Assembly: GCA_010015805.1 (NCBI GenBank)
Contig: ML978140.1
Coordinates: 62,001-126,000 of the forward strand
Source of the DNA: Rhizodiscina lignyota
Taxonomy: Eukaryota
Direction: 5' to 3'
Length of the DNA stretch: 64,000 nt
This document shows, one piece after another, positions 12,933 through 25,044 of the stretch. The notes below the pieces were generated by a model that was not told the origin of the DNA, did no database searches, and saw only the letters and a list, made by a program, of their open reading frames with translations. The position numbers and the translations under genes were made by a program. Position 1 is the stretch's first letter. Each line of letters begins with the position of its first letter.

Positions 12933-13796
12933 TCAAGGAATTCGTTGACTCGGCTCTGAAACACTTTCCTCCGTCCTCCGAAGTATATAGAGCCAATTCC
13001 TGACCTCGGGTCTATGCATTGGGCCATTCCGGCTGTCCGGGTGTGGCTCCTGGAAGGCTTGTACCGGGTATTTCTTCTCAAGTCTCCACAGCACCTTCGG
13101 ATCCGGAAACCCAGCGGGGATGTGATCTTCGACCAGCAAGCCATCTAAACCTGTCTTAGAATCATCGATCAAGAACCGAAAGCGATCACTAGAATATGAA
13201 AGGCAGATCCAGCGGCCGCTCGACGGAGGTGTTAGCGCTGCCATATGCACGGCAAGAACGTTGACTGGATGGACGCTGGCTTGTCTTGGGCTGTCTTGAT
13301 ATGAGTCCGCGCACAAACTGTACGGAAGAGACACAATAACGTCTTCTGCACAGCTGATGCTGTCTGTCGTGCTTTTGTCGATGATGAGATCGTAAGGCGC
13401 TCCATCCCGGTGGCTTTGTTCGAATTCCCGCTCAATAAGTGAGAGATCCAATAAGTCACCAGCACTCCAACGCATGCAGTCTTCTTCAGTCCACGATGGA
13501 TTGGTTTGTTTCAAGTCTTTCAAGTCGGCCTGGCGACCAAGATCGATGGCCTGGTGGGCGAAGTCGAGATTATGGATCTGGCGTGGCTTCCGGACGTATT
13601 TCCTCAACTGCCCAGAGAGAGCTGAAGTCCCACAGCCAATGTGAAAGATGATCGGATCGGTTATGTTTTTCAAAGCATCTCGTATAGACTCGTCTAGCAC
13701 ATGGCCATCGGCCAACCAGTCAAATGTACCAGAGTCATTGTGGAATCGATGTTCCCAGTATTCTTGGGAGCCGTAGGATGGCGCATGGGACGGCAT
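12933..13796 (-). CDS. Class I SAM-dependent methyltransferase (METTL13/Efm-like)
   Basis: PSYGSQEYWEHRF, FDWL, motif I HIGCGTS, NLDFA, YDLIIDKSTTDSI, WICLSYS; single exon. Confidence 0.85.
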   Translation of the reverse strand: MPSHAPSYGSQEYWEHRFHNDSGTFDWLADGHVLDESIRDALKNITDPIIFHIGCGTSALSGQLRKYVRKPRQIHNLDFAHQAIDLGRQADLKDLKQTNPSWTEEDCMRWSAGDLLDLSLIEREFEQSHRDGAPYDLIIDKSTTDSISCAEDVIVSLPYSLCADSYQDSPRQASVHPVNVLAVHMAALTPPSSGRWICLSYSSDRFRFLIDDSKTGLDGLLVEDHIPAGFPDPKVLWRLEKKYPVQAFQEPHPDSRNGPMHRPEVRNWLYILRRTEESVSEPSQRIP

Positions 13797-14017
13797 TCTC
13801 GGCAACTCATTAGCTTCTTAACTACTGAGAAGAGCGCTTGTCAGTTTAGTGGGAGACTGGGCAAGTTTCTCTGAAGATGTGGGTTTGTATTTAAATTTTG
13901 AGAAAGGACGAGGATCTCCGCAATTTTTCAACGCCACCTTACCCAGTTCGGCTAGCTCAAGCTCCAGGTGCAGTGATTCAAAAGCAAGAAAGGATCGAAG
14001 CAGATAAAGAGGATCTA

Positions 14018-15063
14018 TCAAGAAAACATCGAATGGTGAGTATCCAATTTCGTTGTGTTCTCCTCCATCACCTGCTGCGCCTGTTGTACCGTGTCATATC
14101 GCTGGAGATGTGGCCGCTCCTGGTCGTGATCGTCCGGATGCTCGCCTGGATCAACGAAGAGGTCTCCGATGCGCCCCTTGCCAGTTGCCCTCTGATAGAC
14201 AGCAAAGGCCGTTCCAAACTCTCTGTGCGCGCCGACTTTAATCGCATCCAGCAAGAACACTGCGAAATTTTGGCAGTTATTGGAGATGAGATTGTACGCT
14301 GGCTGCTTTTGTCTCATATTGTGGATTACCATCTCGCCTGTAGCCAGAATGAGTGTGTGTCAGAATATCGGAGGGGATGAGCTGAGCTCCTGAGAACTGA
14401 CTAGCTTGTCTGAGCGCCTCGTCGTTGAATCTCGTTCTTCCAACTTCGAAAGTGTGCCATTCCTCCGGCTTGATCATTTCATTGATATAAATCACATCTA
14501 GGTGTTCATCCTACTGAAAACGTCAATTCAAAGGTGAAAGGTAAGAGCAATATGGTTCGCCATACCATCCAAAGCTCATGACAAAATTCGTCTACAAGCA
14601 CCGCCCAGTGCTGAGTCGGATCCGGGTATTTCTTGACGCTCTTGGTGATCACCCTACCAAGTCCTGTCTTCTCGGCGAACCATTTGCCTCCAAGTCCTGC
14701 AACGGGATGCCAGCCGATCCTGACAGCACGCGGTTGTCCCAAAATGATCGCGTCGCCCGGCGGTATGACATTGGGTTTGTGGCCAAGCCCAAGTGAATGT
14801 TGGAGCATGAGCTTCCCCTTCACTAGTTCGTCTTTTCCCCATCCCTTACCTTCTGTAAGTGCTTCTTTTCTAGACATGACGTAAGGAAATGCTACCATCT
14901 TGCTTTTGTTGGAGCGTTTTCCTCACAAGAAGAAGCCTACTTTATCGCGTTTACGCGTAGACTGCACCCCTTCTTCTCTGAACGGCTCAGATGCTGATCC
15001 TTCAAATACTTCGCTACGAGCAGATTGCGCGCCGGCGTCTGGTACAGCGGCATACTCGGCCAT
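14018..15063 (-). CDS. Conserved fungal protein with PPPDE/permuted-papain-like catalytic motifs, multi-exon
   Basis: Exons give PDPTQHWAVLV...HELWM|DEHLDVIY...FEVGRTRFNDEALRQA|GEMVIHNM...YNLISNNCQNFA (His and NC dyad pattern). First intron boundaries are uncertain. Confidence 0.7.
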
Positions 15064-15556
15064 CCTTGACTTGTTGTCTGACTCCTGTTAGTTGCCTTTG
15101 TCGTGAGTAACGAAATTGAAGAGAGATCGTGTGAAGAAAGTAGTAAAGAGTAAGATGATGAAGAGATCAATGGGATCTTGTCATCATATGAGCATCATAC
15201 TGATTGGAAAGGAATGTTGGAGAACTCCAGTGCCGCTTATAAGTATTTCAGGAAGCGCTAGCAAGCCAAGCCAGGTCCGAATGAGTGCCCCCACGCTCCG
15301 CCATTGTGCACGAACTGTTTCATCCGCCCTTTTCAACGTGTCAACGCCAACCGCTTACAAGATCACTGTGTCCTTTCCGATTATCCTTCTTTGTGAATGT
15401 TTGGGTGCATGTTCCTTGCTGCCCACTTTCACACTTCATGCGTCCAACATGAAGTCTTCCTACAAAAAGGAGCTTGCATGCAATAGAGTCGCGATTTTCC
15501 ATGATTCTGGTATGCTAATGACAATGTGGAATACATAGGCTAATCTTTACAATTAT

Positions 15557-16952
15557 TCAAGGCCGAATGAATATCGGAGCGAGCTCAAAATCGTGCATCA
15601 TCTCCTTCCACGCCTCTCCCTCAGCACCCGGTCGGTCACTGAGACGGAGCCGTTTAAGCCATTCGTGTATAGCATGATAGTCCCTCTCCACGCGCCTGTC
15701 ACACCACCACATACCTTCGAAGCGAGACATCAGGCCGAGCCAGTATCCAAATATCCATAACGCCTTTTCGTCTCTGTCGAACAAAAAGGCGCGAAACTCC
15801 GAATGCATCTTCCCCAAAAACCAAAAGTGCTTGAATATATTGCGGCGAGCGGGCTCGAGGTTCCGTAGCCGTGCCAAGAGAGTGACCAGCAAAGGGAAAA
15901 CATCTTTTGGACCAGCGCGAGCAATGACTGCGATGTAGTTCTCCGCAATGCTGGTCCGGTTGGCTGGCTCACATTCGTAGCCACAGCCACCACTGTCCAG
16001 CTCGAAGAATTTGATCCATCTCTGAGGTACACTATCTAGACTTTGGAATGCTCTGGCGGTTGTCCAGCTATCCTCGTCGGCGCTGAGGAAAATGGAAGCA
16101 AGGAAGGTAAAGGTATTATCGAGGTATGGCGCCATAGACTTGAGGAGGGGCCTCAAACCAGCTTGCAAAGTGAGCCAGCCCATCCGATCCTCGCGTGGGC
16201 TGAAGACCCATGAGGTGCTCGGATTAAGATTGCCAGCTTCTGGCAGTGCGAAGGCGAGCATGTTCAGGAGAACCGCGCTGAGCAACAGGCTATCTGCTCC
16301 GGACTGGCCCAGCTTCTCTTGAGGGGTGTCCAAGGCCATCTGGTAATTTCGCAATGCAAGGTATTGCTGGAAATGCTCTGCAATCCGATGCTCCAGGACG
16401 GTAGGTGCCATATGTCGAAGGTGGCATGCCGTGATGGCGAGAATGGTGTTCTGAACCAGCGAGTCGGACTTGGAGAGGGAGATGATCTTGTGACCGTAAG
16501 GCATGGGGAATATTTCGTTCCAATTCCTCATGAAATGCTGCATGAGATAGATACTGGATGTGCCATTCTTTGCACTCGGCGAAGAGAACGGGACTATCGT
16601 GACGGCACTCAGGACTGAGAAGCCAGCAGTCCCCTTCATTTTGGATGTCGGCCTCCGCGGACTCTCTTCCTCTCCATCGCCGTTTGGCTGGTCATATGTG
16701 CATGCCCTCTTGTTTCTCCGACATCTGGCGCAGGCTGGTCTCGACTCATCGCACTTTCACGCGTCAGTTTCGCCATCCTTCAGAGCAAGTGTTTATCGCA
16801 AGACTTTGACAAACCTTGACTCTCTTCGCCTTACATGCCAGGCAACCAGATTTCGTCTTTGAGTGTATCTTCCGCTTCTTATAATTCCGGACTCTTGGAT
16901 CGATATCAATATTGTTCATAGAGAGAACTTGGAACCCGCCGCTTCCGTCCAT
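15557..16952 (-). CDS. Zn(II)2Cys6 transcription factor (Upc2/DUF3468-like C-terminus)
   Basis: HSKTKSGCLACKAKRVK|CDESSPACARCRRNKRACTY across an intron at about 16814-16755, followed by a 360-aa ORF with ILAITACHLRH. Confidence 0.88.
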
Positions 16953-17558
16953 CGCCAAGCTCGGAGCATCGCTTCATATGTTAACCACTTGAAATCCAAA
17001 TTCTCTAGATTAAAAGAAGTAAACGAAGTCGGACGAATTTTACATTCTTCGAGGCGGACCAGGGCGGCTTTATTATTCAGAACGAGAACCACGCTACGAG
17101 TCCTTAGAGCTCGAACTGTCGATCTTGGTGGCTCGCGCTTGCGCCAATCATGGGTGCGCTCGTTTACTGTTTTGGGACTAGCTCTGTCATCCCTGGCCGG
17201 TTGACGCTATCCTCCGTCGACTCCTGCACACGAACTCTCGGTGCTATGAGGGCCAAAAGATACGACGTGGCTGTACTACCATGCTGCTTAGGTACATGGT
17301 CTCTTCAGCTAATACTAACATTAATGGCTCGAGGATGTGGAACCAAGTTTTCGGGGACGCTCCGCATGCGTGAAAGAGCAAAACTCGTCCGTGCCACTCA
17401 CTTCCGTCGAGCTCACCTGTTGTGCCACCCTCAAGGCTCTTTAAAAGAGCCGGATACATCGGTATATATATACTCTCGTTCAGTCTTGCACTTGTCCTTC
17501 ATACAGCCAACCAAATATTTCACCTTTTCCACTTCACCGAGCAGCTACTCCTTCCAAC

Positions 17559-18633
17559 ATGTCTTTCTTCTTAGCTTTCATTCATCGTCAATTCATTTAT
17601 ACACCACCAGCTCCAACGGCATCGTTCAAGGGCAAAACTGCTATTGTTACAGGCGCCAGCTCGGGCCTGGGCAAGGAGGCGTGTCGCTGGATGGTCCGCC
17701 TCGGGGCATCCCATGTCATTCTTGCTTGTCGGAATATCGAGAAGGGAAAAGCAGCGGCTCAGGACATTGAAGCAACGACATCATGTCCCTCAGGCACTCT
17801 CGATGTCTGGCATCTCGACTTGAGCTCGTACAAATCCGTACAGGCCTTCGGCGACAAAGTGAAGGCGGAACTGCCGCGGCTTGATGTGCTCATCGCAAAT
17901 GCCGGCATTGGGACGCGGAAGTGGGGAGTGACTGAAGATAACGAAGAGACCATCACCACGAACGTCGTCTCGCTCTTCTTACTCGCCTTTCTGGTATATC
18001 CTAAACTCCGCGAGACAGCTGCCCAATACCACATCCAGACCCATTTCACTATTACCGCGTCGGAGCTCTACGAAGTCGCCAAGTTCAAAGAACGCAAAGC
18101 ACCAGCGGGACAACTGTTTGCGACCCTGAGCGACAAAAGCAAGTCAAGTATGAGCGACCGATACAATGTATCCAAGTTGCTGGAAGTCTTCATGGTCAAA
18201 CAAATGGCTTCCATGTCTCCACTTGGCTCCAAAAATGTCATCATTAATTGCGTAGCTCCTGGGTAAGTCTTCTTCTGTTATAGTATACATCAGCGAAGAG
18301 TACCTGAATAAAATCATGAAAGAGGGTCAAGTGCTAAACTTCGTCTTTCCCTCTAGGCTCTGCGACACCGAACTTGCACGCGACTACAGTGGCGCTGCTG
18401 TTGACCTTGCTAAGAAGATCCTGTGCCGTCCGTCCGAAGTCGGCGCGCGCACACTCGTATACGGCGCCAGCGCTGGGCCTGAATCTCACGGGCAATATGT
18501 GCCGGACTGCAAGATCAAACCGACAGGAGGGCTCACGAAAGGTGAAGCAGGAGAGAAATTGCAGAAGAGGGTTTGGGTGGAACTGAGGGACAAGCTGGAA
18601 GGTATTCTGCCTGGCGTTACGACTATGTCTTGA
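17559..18633 (+). CDS. Short-chain dehydrogenase/reductase (retinol-DH-like)
   Basis: TGASSGLG, NAG, YNVSK, VAPG|LCDTEL (intron about 18263-18356), GARTLVYGA. Confidence 0.92.
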
Positions 18634-19455
18634 TATTGTTGCATGGTTTAGATTGGTGGAGCGAGATAACCCGCTGCATTATGGAGAATGGATATCAATA
18701 TGCCTAGGTCACAGGTAGTCCCATCTCAAATGCATAATTTTCGGATGCGCAAGATGGACCGCGCAATCAATGTGACAACAATATCGGTGAGAAGCCCCGA
18801 TCGGCAAGAACATCGCGCACTGTACAACATTACCCGCTAAGAGACTCTTTACAACGATCGCTTTCGACGTGTCATATTTTTAAAAGTGCGATATCTTGTC
18901 TAGTCTCCATTCCAGAGACAAATTTTTTCTAATAGCCTAAAGTTATATGCATCGTTTTCAAACTTGTTGACGCCGTCTGTTGAGCACGCACGTGACTCCG
19001 AACCTCCTCGCAAATCAAGTTTCTCGATGTTCAGCTTTATCTGTCTTCACCGCTATCATTCTTCACCATCATCGCAACCGACTCGACGGTACGCAAGCCG
19101 ACACGGCAAGTAAACTTTATGGCTTGGGCCTCTGATGTTCCAGATCGCGGCCACGCTCGCCATCTCACGCAGTTCTTTCATGTGCCATGCCGAAAGAGTC
19201 GCAGCGCAGACGGGGGAGTTGCGCGATTTTCTGGGATTGCAGGATTTACCCATCAACAAATAACATGAATTTGCCTATCGTCATATTCGCTGCCCCTACA
19301 TGTACGAAGGCTTTGCCCCCACATTCTGTCTCTGAATGGCAGCTCAGGAAGTCTGAGTTCTGCATTCACCGTGTGCTCTCGAGCCAAGTCACCCCTGGAT
19401 TTCCAATTTGAGCCTCATTTGAGCCTCAAGATACGAAATCGCGGCGGCATCTCCC

Positions 19456-22400
19456 ATGAGCAGCGAAAAAACACCGCAGAGGGAGGATGCTGTGGAGGTT
19501 GCGCCCAATGTCTCCCAGGGCGGAGAGCCTAGGATCCAGTTCACGGAGACTGTAAAACCAGATCGTGGCCGGCTGACTTATACTGAGAAAGATGTCTCCA
19601 CTGATATCAGTGCCATCACACGACGCTCACGTTCCAGGAGTGTCCCTTCCATCCCTCCTGTCCTTTCTGAGAAGGAGAAGGATCGTCGCAAGCGAGAAAA
19701 GGAGCAGGAGAAGAATAATGTCGACATCACCGAGCATCGCATGTCCCACCAAGATGTTGCAGAGAGATACACAACAAGGATCAACATGGACAAGCCCGGA
19801 GAATCAGCAGGCTTGACGAGTCAGCAAGCAGAACAATTACTCCAGCAGCATGGTCGGAATATTCTGACGCCACCCAAGAAGAGACACCCTATCCTCAAGT
19901 TCCTAGATTACTTGCGTTCTCTTTTCAACCTGCTCTTGATCCTGGCCGGTATTCTGGAATACATCTTGCTTGGCATCAACTTCAAGGACAATTTTCAAAA
20001 CTTAAGTTGTCCACCAGTAACAATTTACGCAACCACTGACCTCTTTCTATAGACCTATCTCGGGGCCATCCTTATTGCGGTTGCATTCATCAATGCGTCA
20101 ATTGAATTTTATCAGGCGCAGAAATCTCAAGCCCTTCTAGAGTCATTCTTGAACATGATTCCTGCCAAATGCATGTGCCTTCGCGATGGCAGACTGGCAC
20201 AGCTAGAGGCTTCCGCGCTTGTCCCAGGCGATGTGGTATTCGTTCGAATGGGTGACAAGACTCCGGCCGATATTCTGATCTTCTCTGCCTCGGATTGCAA
20301 AGTGGACAACTCTTCCTTGACTGGCGAATCGGAGCCGCAAGAACGCACAAAGGACAACGACATGGAGAATCCCCTGGAAGCCAGCAACCTCTTGTTCAAT
20401 AGCACCTTGGTAGTATCTGGGGAAGCATATGGCATCGTCGTTCGCACCGGTGACAGCACTGTTCTCGGCCAAATTGCGCATCTCACTGCTGGCGAGGAGA
20501 AAGGTGCGTCTCCCTTGGCTCTCGAAATCGACAACTTTGTCAAGATCATCGCAACCATCGCAATTTTCACTGCCCTCGTCTTCTTTGGCATTGCTTTCCC
20601 CGTCAATGGCAACAATGCGTCCCTCGCCATCAATTTTGCGATTGGCATCTTCGTCGCTTGGGTGCCTGAAGGTTTGCCTGCTACCGTGACCATGCTCTTG
20701 ACCATCGCCGCGAAGCGGATGGCCAGCCAGAATGTCTTGGTGAAAGACTTACAAGGCGTGGAAACTCTGGGTGCTATCACATTGCTTGCCACCGATAAGA
20801 CTGGCACCCTGACGCGGAATCAGATGACTGCCACCAATATCTGGACTTGCGGCGAGCTCTATGAGGCTTTCAGCCGTGCCGGCGGCGAAAAAGATGTTGC
20901 TGGAATGGAAAAGCCTGGTGTGGCGGACATGCTCTTCATTGCGGCCCTCTGTTCCCGCGCAAAGTTTGACCGAATTGACGTACCCTTCCGCGAGCGAGAG
21001 ATCCTAGGCGATGCCACGGAGTCGGGTCTCATCCGCTACGCTGCTTCTCATCTGAATAACTTTGATGGTCTTGCAGAACAGTTCCCTAAGGTCTTCGAAT
21101 TGCCTTTCAATTCTGAGACGAAGTGGCATCTCACTGTCCACAAGAAGCCTCACGCCAACGGCCCTTTGACGCTTTATATAAAAGGCGCTCCGGAACGCGT
21201 CTGGCGACTGTGTGACCATATCCTTACTGGACCCGACGATGAGGTTGCGGAACTCACTGAAGGTCATAAAAGATCGTATGACGAAACTTACGAGCACATG
21301 GCTAGTCGCGGACATCGTGTACTCGGCTTTGCAAAGTTATTGCTTCCTGGTGACAAATTCCCCGAGGACTATGTGTTTGATAAGAAGGCCAAGAACTATC
21401 CTCTGAATGGCTTTGTCTTTGTCGGACTTGCATCCCTCCAAGACCCGCCAAAGCATGGAGTCCGCGAGGCAATCGGACGTTGCCGTGCCGCCGGGATCAA
21501 GGTGATGATGGTAACCGGCGATCATCCCTTGACTGCGGAAGCTATCGGTCGCAAGATTAATTTGATGATCAGTGAGACCAGAGCCATGGTCGCCAAGCGC
21601 AAGAGCAGACCCATCGAAGATATTGAGGACGACGAATACGATGCCATCGTGCTCCACGGAGAGCAAATTGACACTTTGACCGACGCAGAGTGGGACAACA
21701 TCTTCTGGAAGGACGAAATCATCTTCGCACGCACATCTCCAAAGCACAAGCTGGAGATTGTGCGTCGCGCCCAAAGTATGGGACACATTGTCGGCGTTAC
21801 TGGTGACGGTGTCAATGATTCTCCCGCCCTGAAGAAAGCGGATCTCGGCATTGCAATGAATCTGTCCGGTTCTGACGTCTCCAAAGAAGCGGCTTCCATG
21901 ATTCTGCTGGACGATAACTTCGCGAGCACAGTCAATGGCATCGAAGAGGGTCGTCTCATTTTTGCCAATCTCAAAAAGTCCATCAAGTACACCATCACCC
22001 ACTCCACTCCAGAAGTTATTCCTAATCTGCTCTATGTCATCGTACCCATTCCTCTACCTCTTTCAGCCATCCTGATTCTTGTTATTGATCTTGGCTTTGA
22101 ACTCTTCGCTGCCCTATCATTTGCCTGGGATCCGCCAGAGACAAAGGAGGGCCTCATGAAGTTACCTCCACGTAAGCCAGTCACCGCGGAAAGCAGTGAC
22201 ATTTTCCGCCGTCGGGCCCTGCGCCGAACACGTTCTCATTTCGATGAGGAGTCGGGTGTTATCATCACTCCAGAAAGTCAAACCAAACTGCAGAGACTCC
22301 TTTACCAAGTGCGGGATGTTTTCACAAAAGACTGGTGGAAGGAAAAATTCGAAGGCACCGGCGGCGAAGTATTAGTCGATGGTCCTCTGCTTTCCTGGGC

Positions 22401-23016
22401 CTATCTCGAGATCGGCACCATCGAAGCAATCGGCGCCTTGACGGCCTACTTCGTCGTCTTGTATCGTCGCGGCATAACCCCAGCAGATGCGAAGAACATG
22501 CAGAAAGGTTCCACTGCCCCAACCAACTACTTCACCAAAGATGCCGTGCCATTCAAAGGCATCGATGGACCCACTCAGGTTGACATCCTAGCCGAAGCGC
22601 AAGCCATGTACTACTGGGCCATCATGACGATGCAGATGTTCAATCTCTTCGCCTGCAAGACGCGCTTCACGCTTCCGTTCGGGAAATACATGTTCTCCAA
22701 CTTGGCGACATTCTATTGCATCGCTGCGGGCGTTGCATTAGCTGCTTTCGTCGTATACACTCCGGGCGTGGAGACCGTTTTCAAGACCACTCGCAGTCTC
22801 CTCCCGCTGTATTGGCTCGTGCCTATGGCCTTTGGCTGCGTCATCATCATCTACGCGACCTTCCGGATCCTCATTGGGCGCAGGACGAGGCCGATCAAAT
22901 GGAATCCAGAGATCCAGGGCCTTCAGATGTACCCTACAATTTTCACTACCCGGTCTATGTCATCTGGTAGGAGCCGCGAGAGGCTCCCCGGGTCGTCTAT
23001 GTGTCGATTGCCTTAA
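19456..23016 (+). CDS. P-type ATPase, Na+/K+-ATPase alpha-like (P2C) subfamily
   Basis: CKVDNSSLTGESEPQER, VPEGLPATVT, DKTGTLT, PFNSETKW, KGAPER, MVTGDHPLTA, GDGVNDSPALKKADLG, EEGRLIFANLKKSI; one intron ending at 20052 with an atypical donor (see findings). Confidence 0.92.
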
Positions 23017-25044
23017 CCATGCCGCGTTGCGTTTAGAGCGAGAGGTGGGCTGGCCTGGACGTGGCCAGGGTGGTTTGAAAGTTGCTCAATATGAAACTGT
23101 AGCAGGATGGACAGTTTGTTCTCTGGGTCTAAAAGATCCATTGTATCTGAAACGGGAGGATATTTGATGAACCAACTAGAATGGTTTAACCAGAGGCCGG
23201 TAAGCTACTGTAGAAGATGGTTTAGTGCAATCCGTAAATCATAACGCGTGGCTGTCGTAGCTTGACATAGAATTCCATAGGCAATATTTCATCTGTCCGT
23301 ATGTACCTGCGTCAATCTGGAACGAAACGTCAATCTGAAATAAAACATCAATGCGGAGAAACAAGAGGAGTGGAACGGGCACTCAATAGCGAGTAGCTCA
23401 GGACCCTGGGCTTACAAGGATACAGCCGCTGTCCAAATTAGGTGAGAACCAGGAACAATCTCCTCGAAACATTTGATACAGAGTCGGAAGGTGTCGAGTG
23501 AGAGCAGTAGCTCGTTTTGGTTTGAGTGGAATCGCGCGAGGGCGAGCAATTACTGCCGTCCGGTACCTCGTGCACCCATCCCTCCGGTGGGGTGTACCCA
23601 TACCACAGATGTCAGCCCACCTGCAAGTCTCTGGTTGAGAGCTGATAAGGCCAACTGGTATACGGAGCAGAATGTGGGCGGGCTAGAGAATCTCTGTATG
23701 TGATTCTGATTCGATATGCTTTGGATGGAATGCGCTAAAGTTCAAGAACATGCGCAAGAACGCCGAGCTTCTGGGGATGCGGGCGCTGCGGTAGTCCGCT
23801 GCCCTTGGCACATCGCTTGCGGCCGCGCGAGCGCTCAGCTGACGCACGTTTAAATCTTGTGCCTTCGGTCAGCAACTCTGTTTCAACCTCCATTCTTTCC
23901 TCGCGAAGGGCAACTTGTTCGCAGACTAAAAGACGATACCAATCGTTCCACACATCTGCTCTTCCGGGCCTGTTCCTGGCGGGGAAGGTAACACCACTCT
24001 ATCCGTGGCCAATCACAACGGCGTGTGGCGTCCTGCGGCTTTCCGGGACGACGTCACAGGCTATCTGTTTCCTCTCTCGAGCTTCACCATATCAAAATCC
24101 AACATGTCTTCGTTTCTGTTACATGCTTTCCCCTCCGAATACTAATCGTATTTGCAAAAGACTGTTTTTACACCCCTGATGGCTGCTCGATATCCTGTGG
24201 CTGTACACCCGAAGAAGCATCGTGCCATTCTAATCCATCGTCGCCCAGAGAATCCCTGCAGTTAGATATAGATGGATGCCGGAGCTCCCCTTGGAACTGA
24301 AAGGCAAGTTTATTGCACAACAGCCTCTGGTGCAATTGTCTTGAAACTAGCGGTCGAGTCATGCATGCCATTGAGCCCCAGCGATGCAGTCTTTGCTTCC
24401 AGTCTCTTCGGCACGAAATACTAACTAGGCAAACTCAATTCAGCGCAAACGCGCATACGTCATTTCTGCCGGATTCTCGGTGTCCTGCAGCAATGGCGAA
24501 AGAACGGCGCTGGGATGGATTGCGACGGCCGAAAGAGGGAAATTGCGCCGCCAAGAGCAGCCGTCAACCAGCTTTATCAACCCCCCGAGTCCCGCGGCGA
24601 TGCATCAAAGCGTTCGCATGACAAAGCTGGCACCTTAAATTATCCATCACGTCTCACCTTCCTCTTCGGCAGCAGAGGATTCGTCCGTCATCCACATCAC
24701 GAATTCCATCAACTGGAGTTCAATCGCCTATCGGCGCTTTTGAGCGGGGTAGATCCTCATTTCAGTGGGTCGTTGTACCTGAGAGCTCACATGGAGCGTC
24801 GAACACGAGCTCTGGAGGATGCTATCACGTCTGACCTTGCTTCCTTTAGGAAGGAGTGCACGACGATGATATCGGCACGATTAGAGAAACCCATACCACC
24901 TGCTATATTCGCGCACGCGACGCGGGTTTGAGGGAATCAGGGCAACGTTACCACCGTCCGCCATGGGCATTCTTAAAGGCCGCGTGCTCCATCGTGCGGC
25001 ACCCTACGGCCGATTCCTCAGCACACAGAGCGGATACGACGAAA

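Noticed and set aside
20127..22007. Long antisense ORFs within the ATPase (also within PPN1, the MFS genes and the PKS)
   Set aside because: Shadow frames caused by codon bias of the sense genes.
23398..24931. Short ORFs between the ATPase and the S53 peptidase
   Set aside because: No recognisable domain or consistent exon chain.
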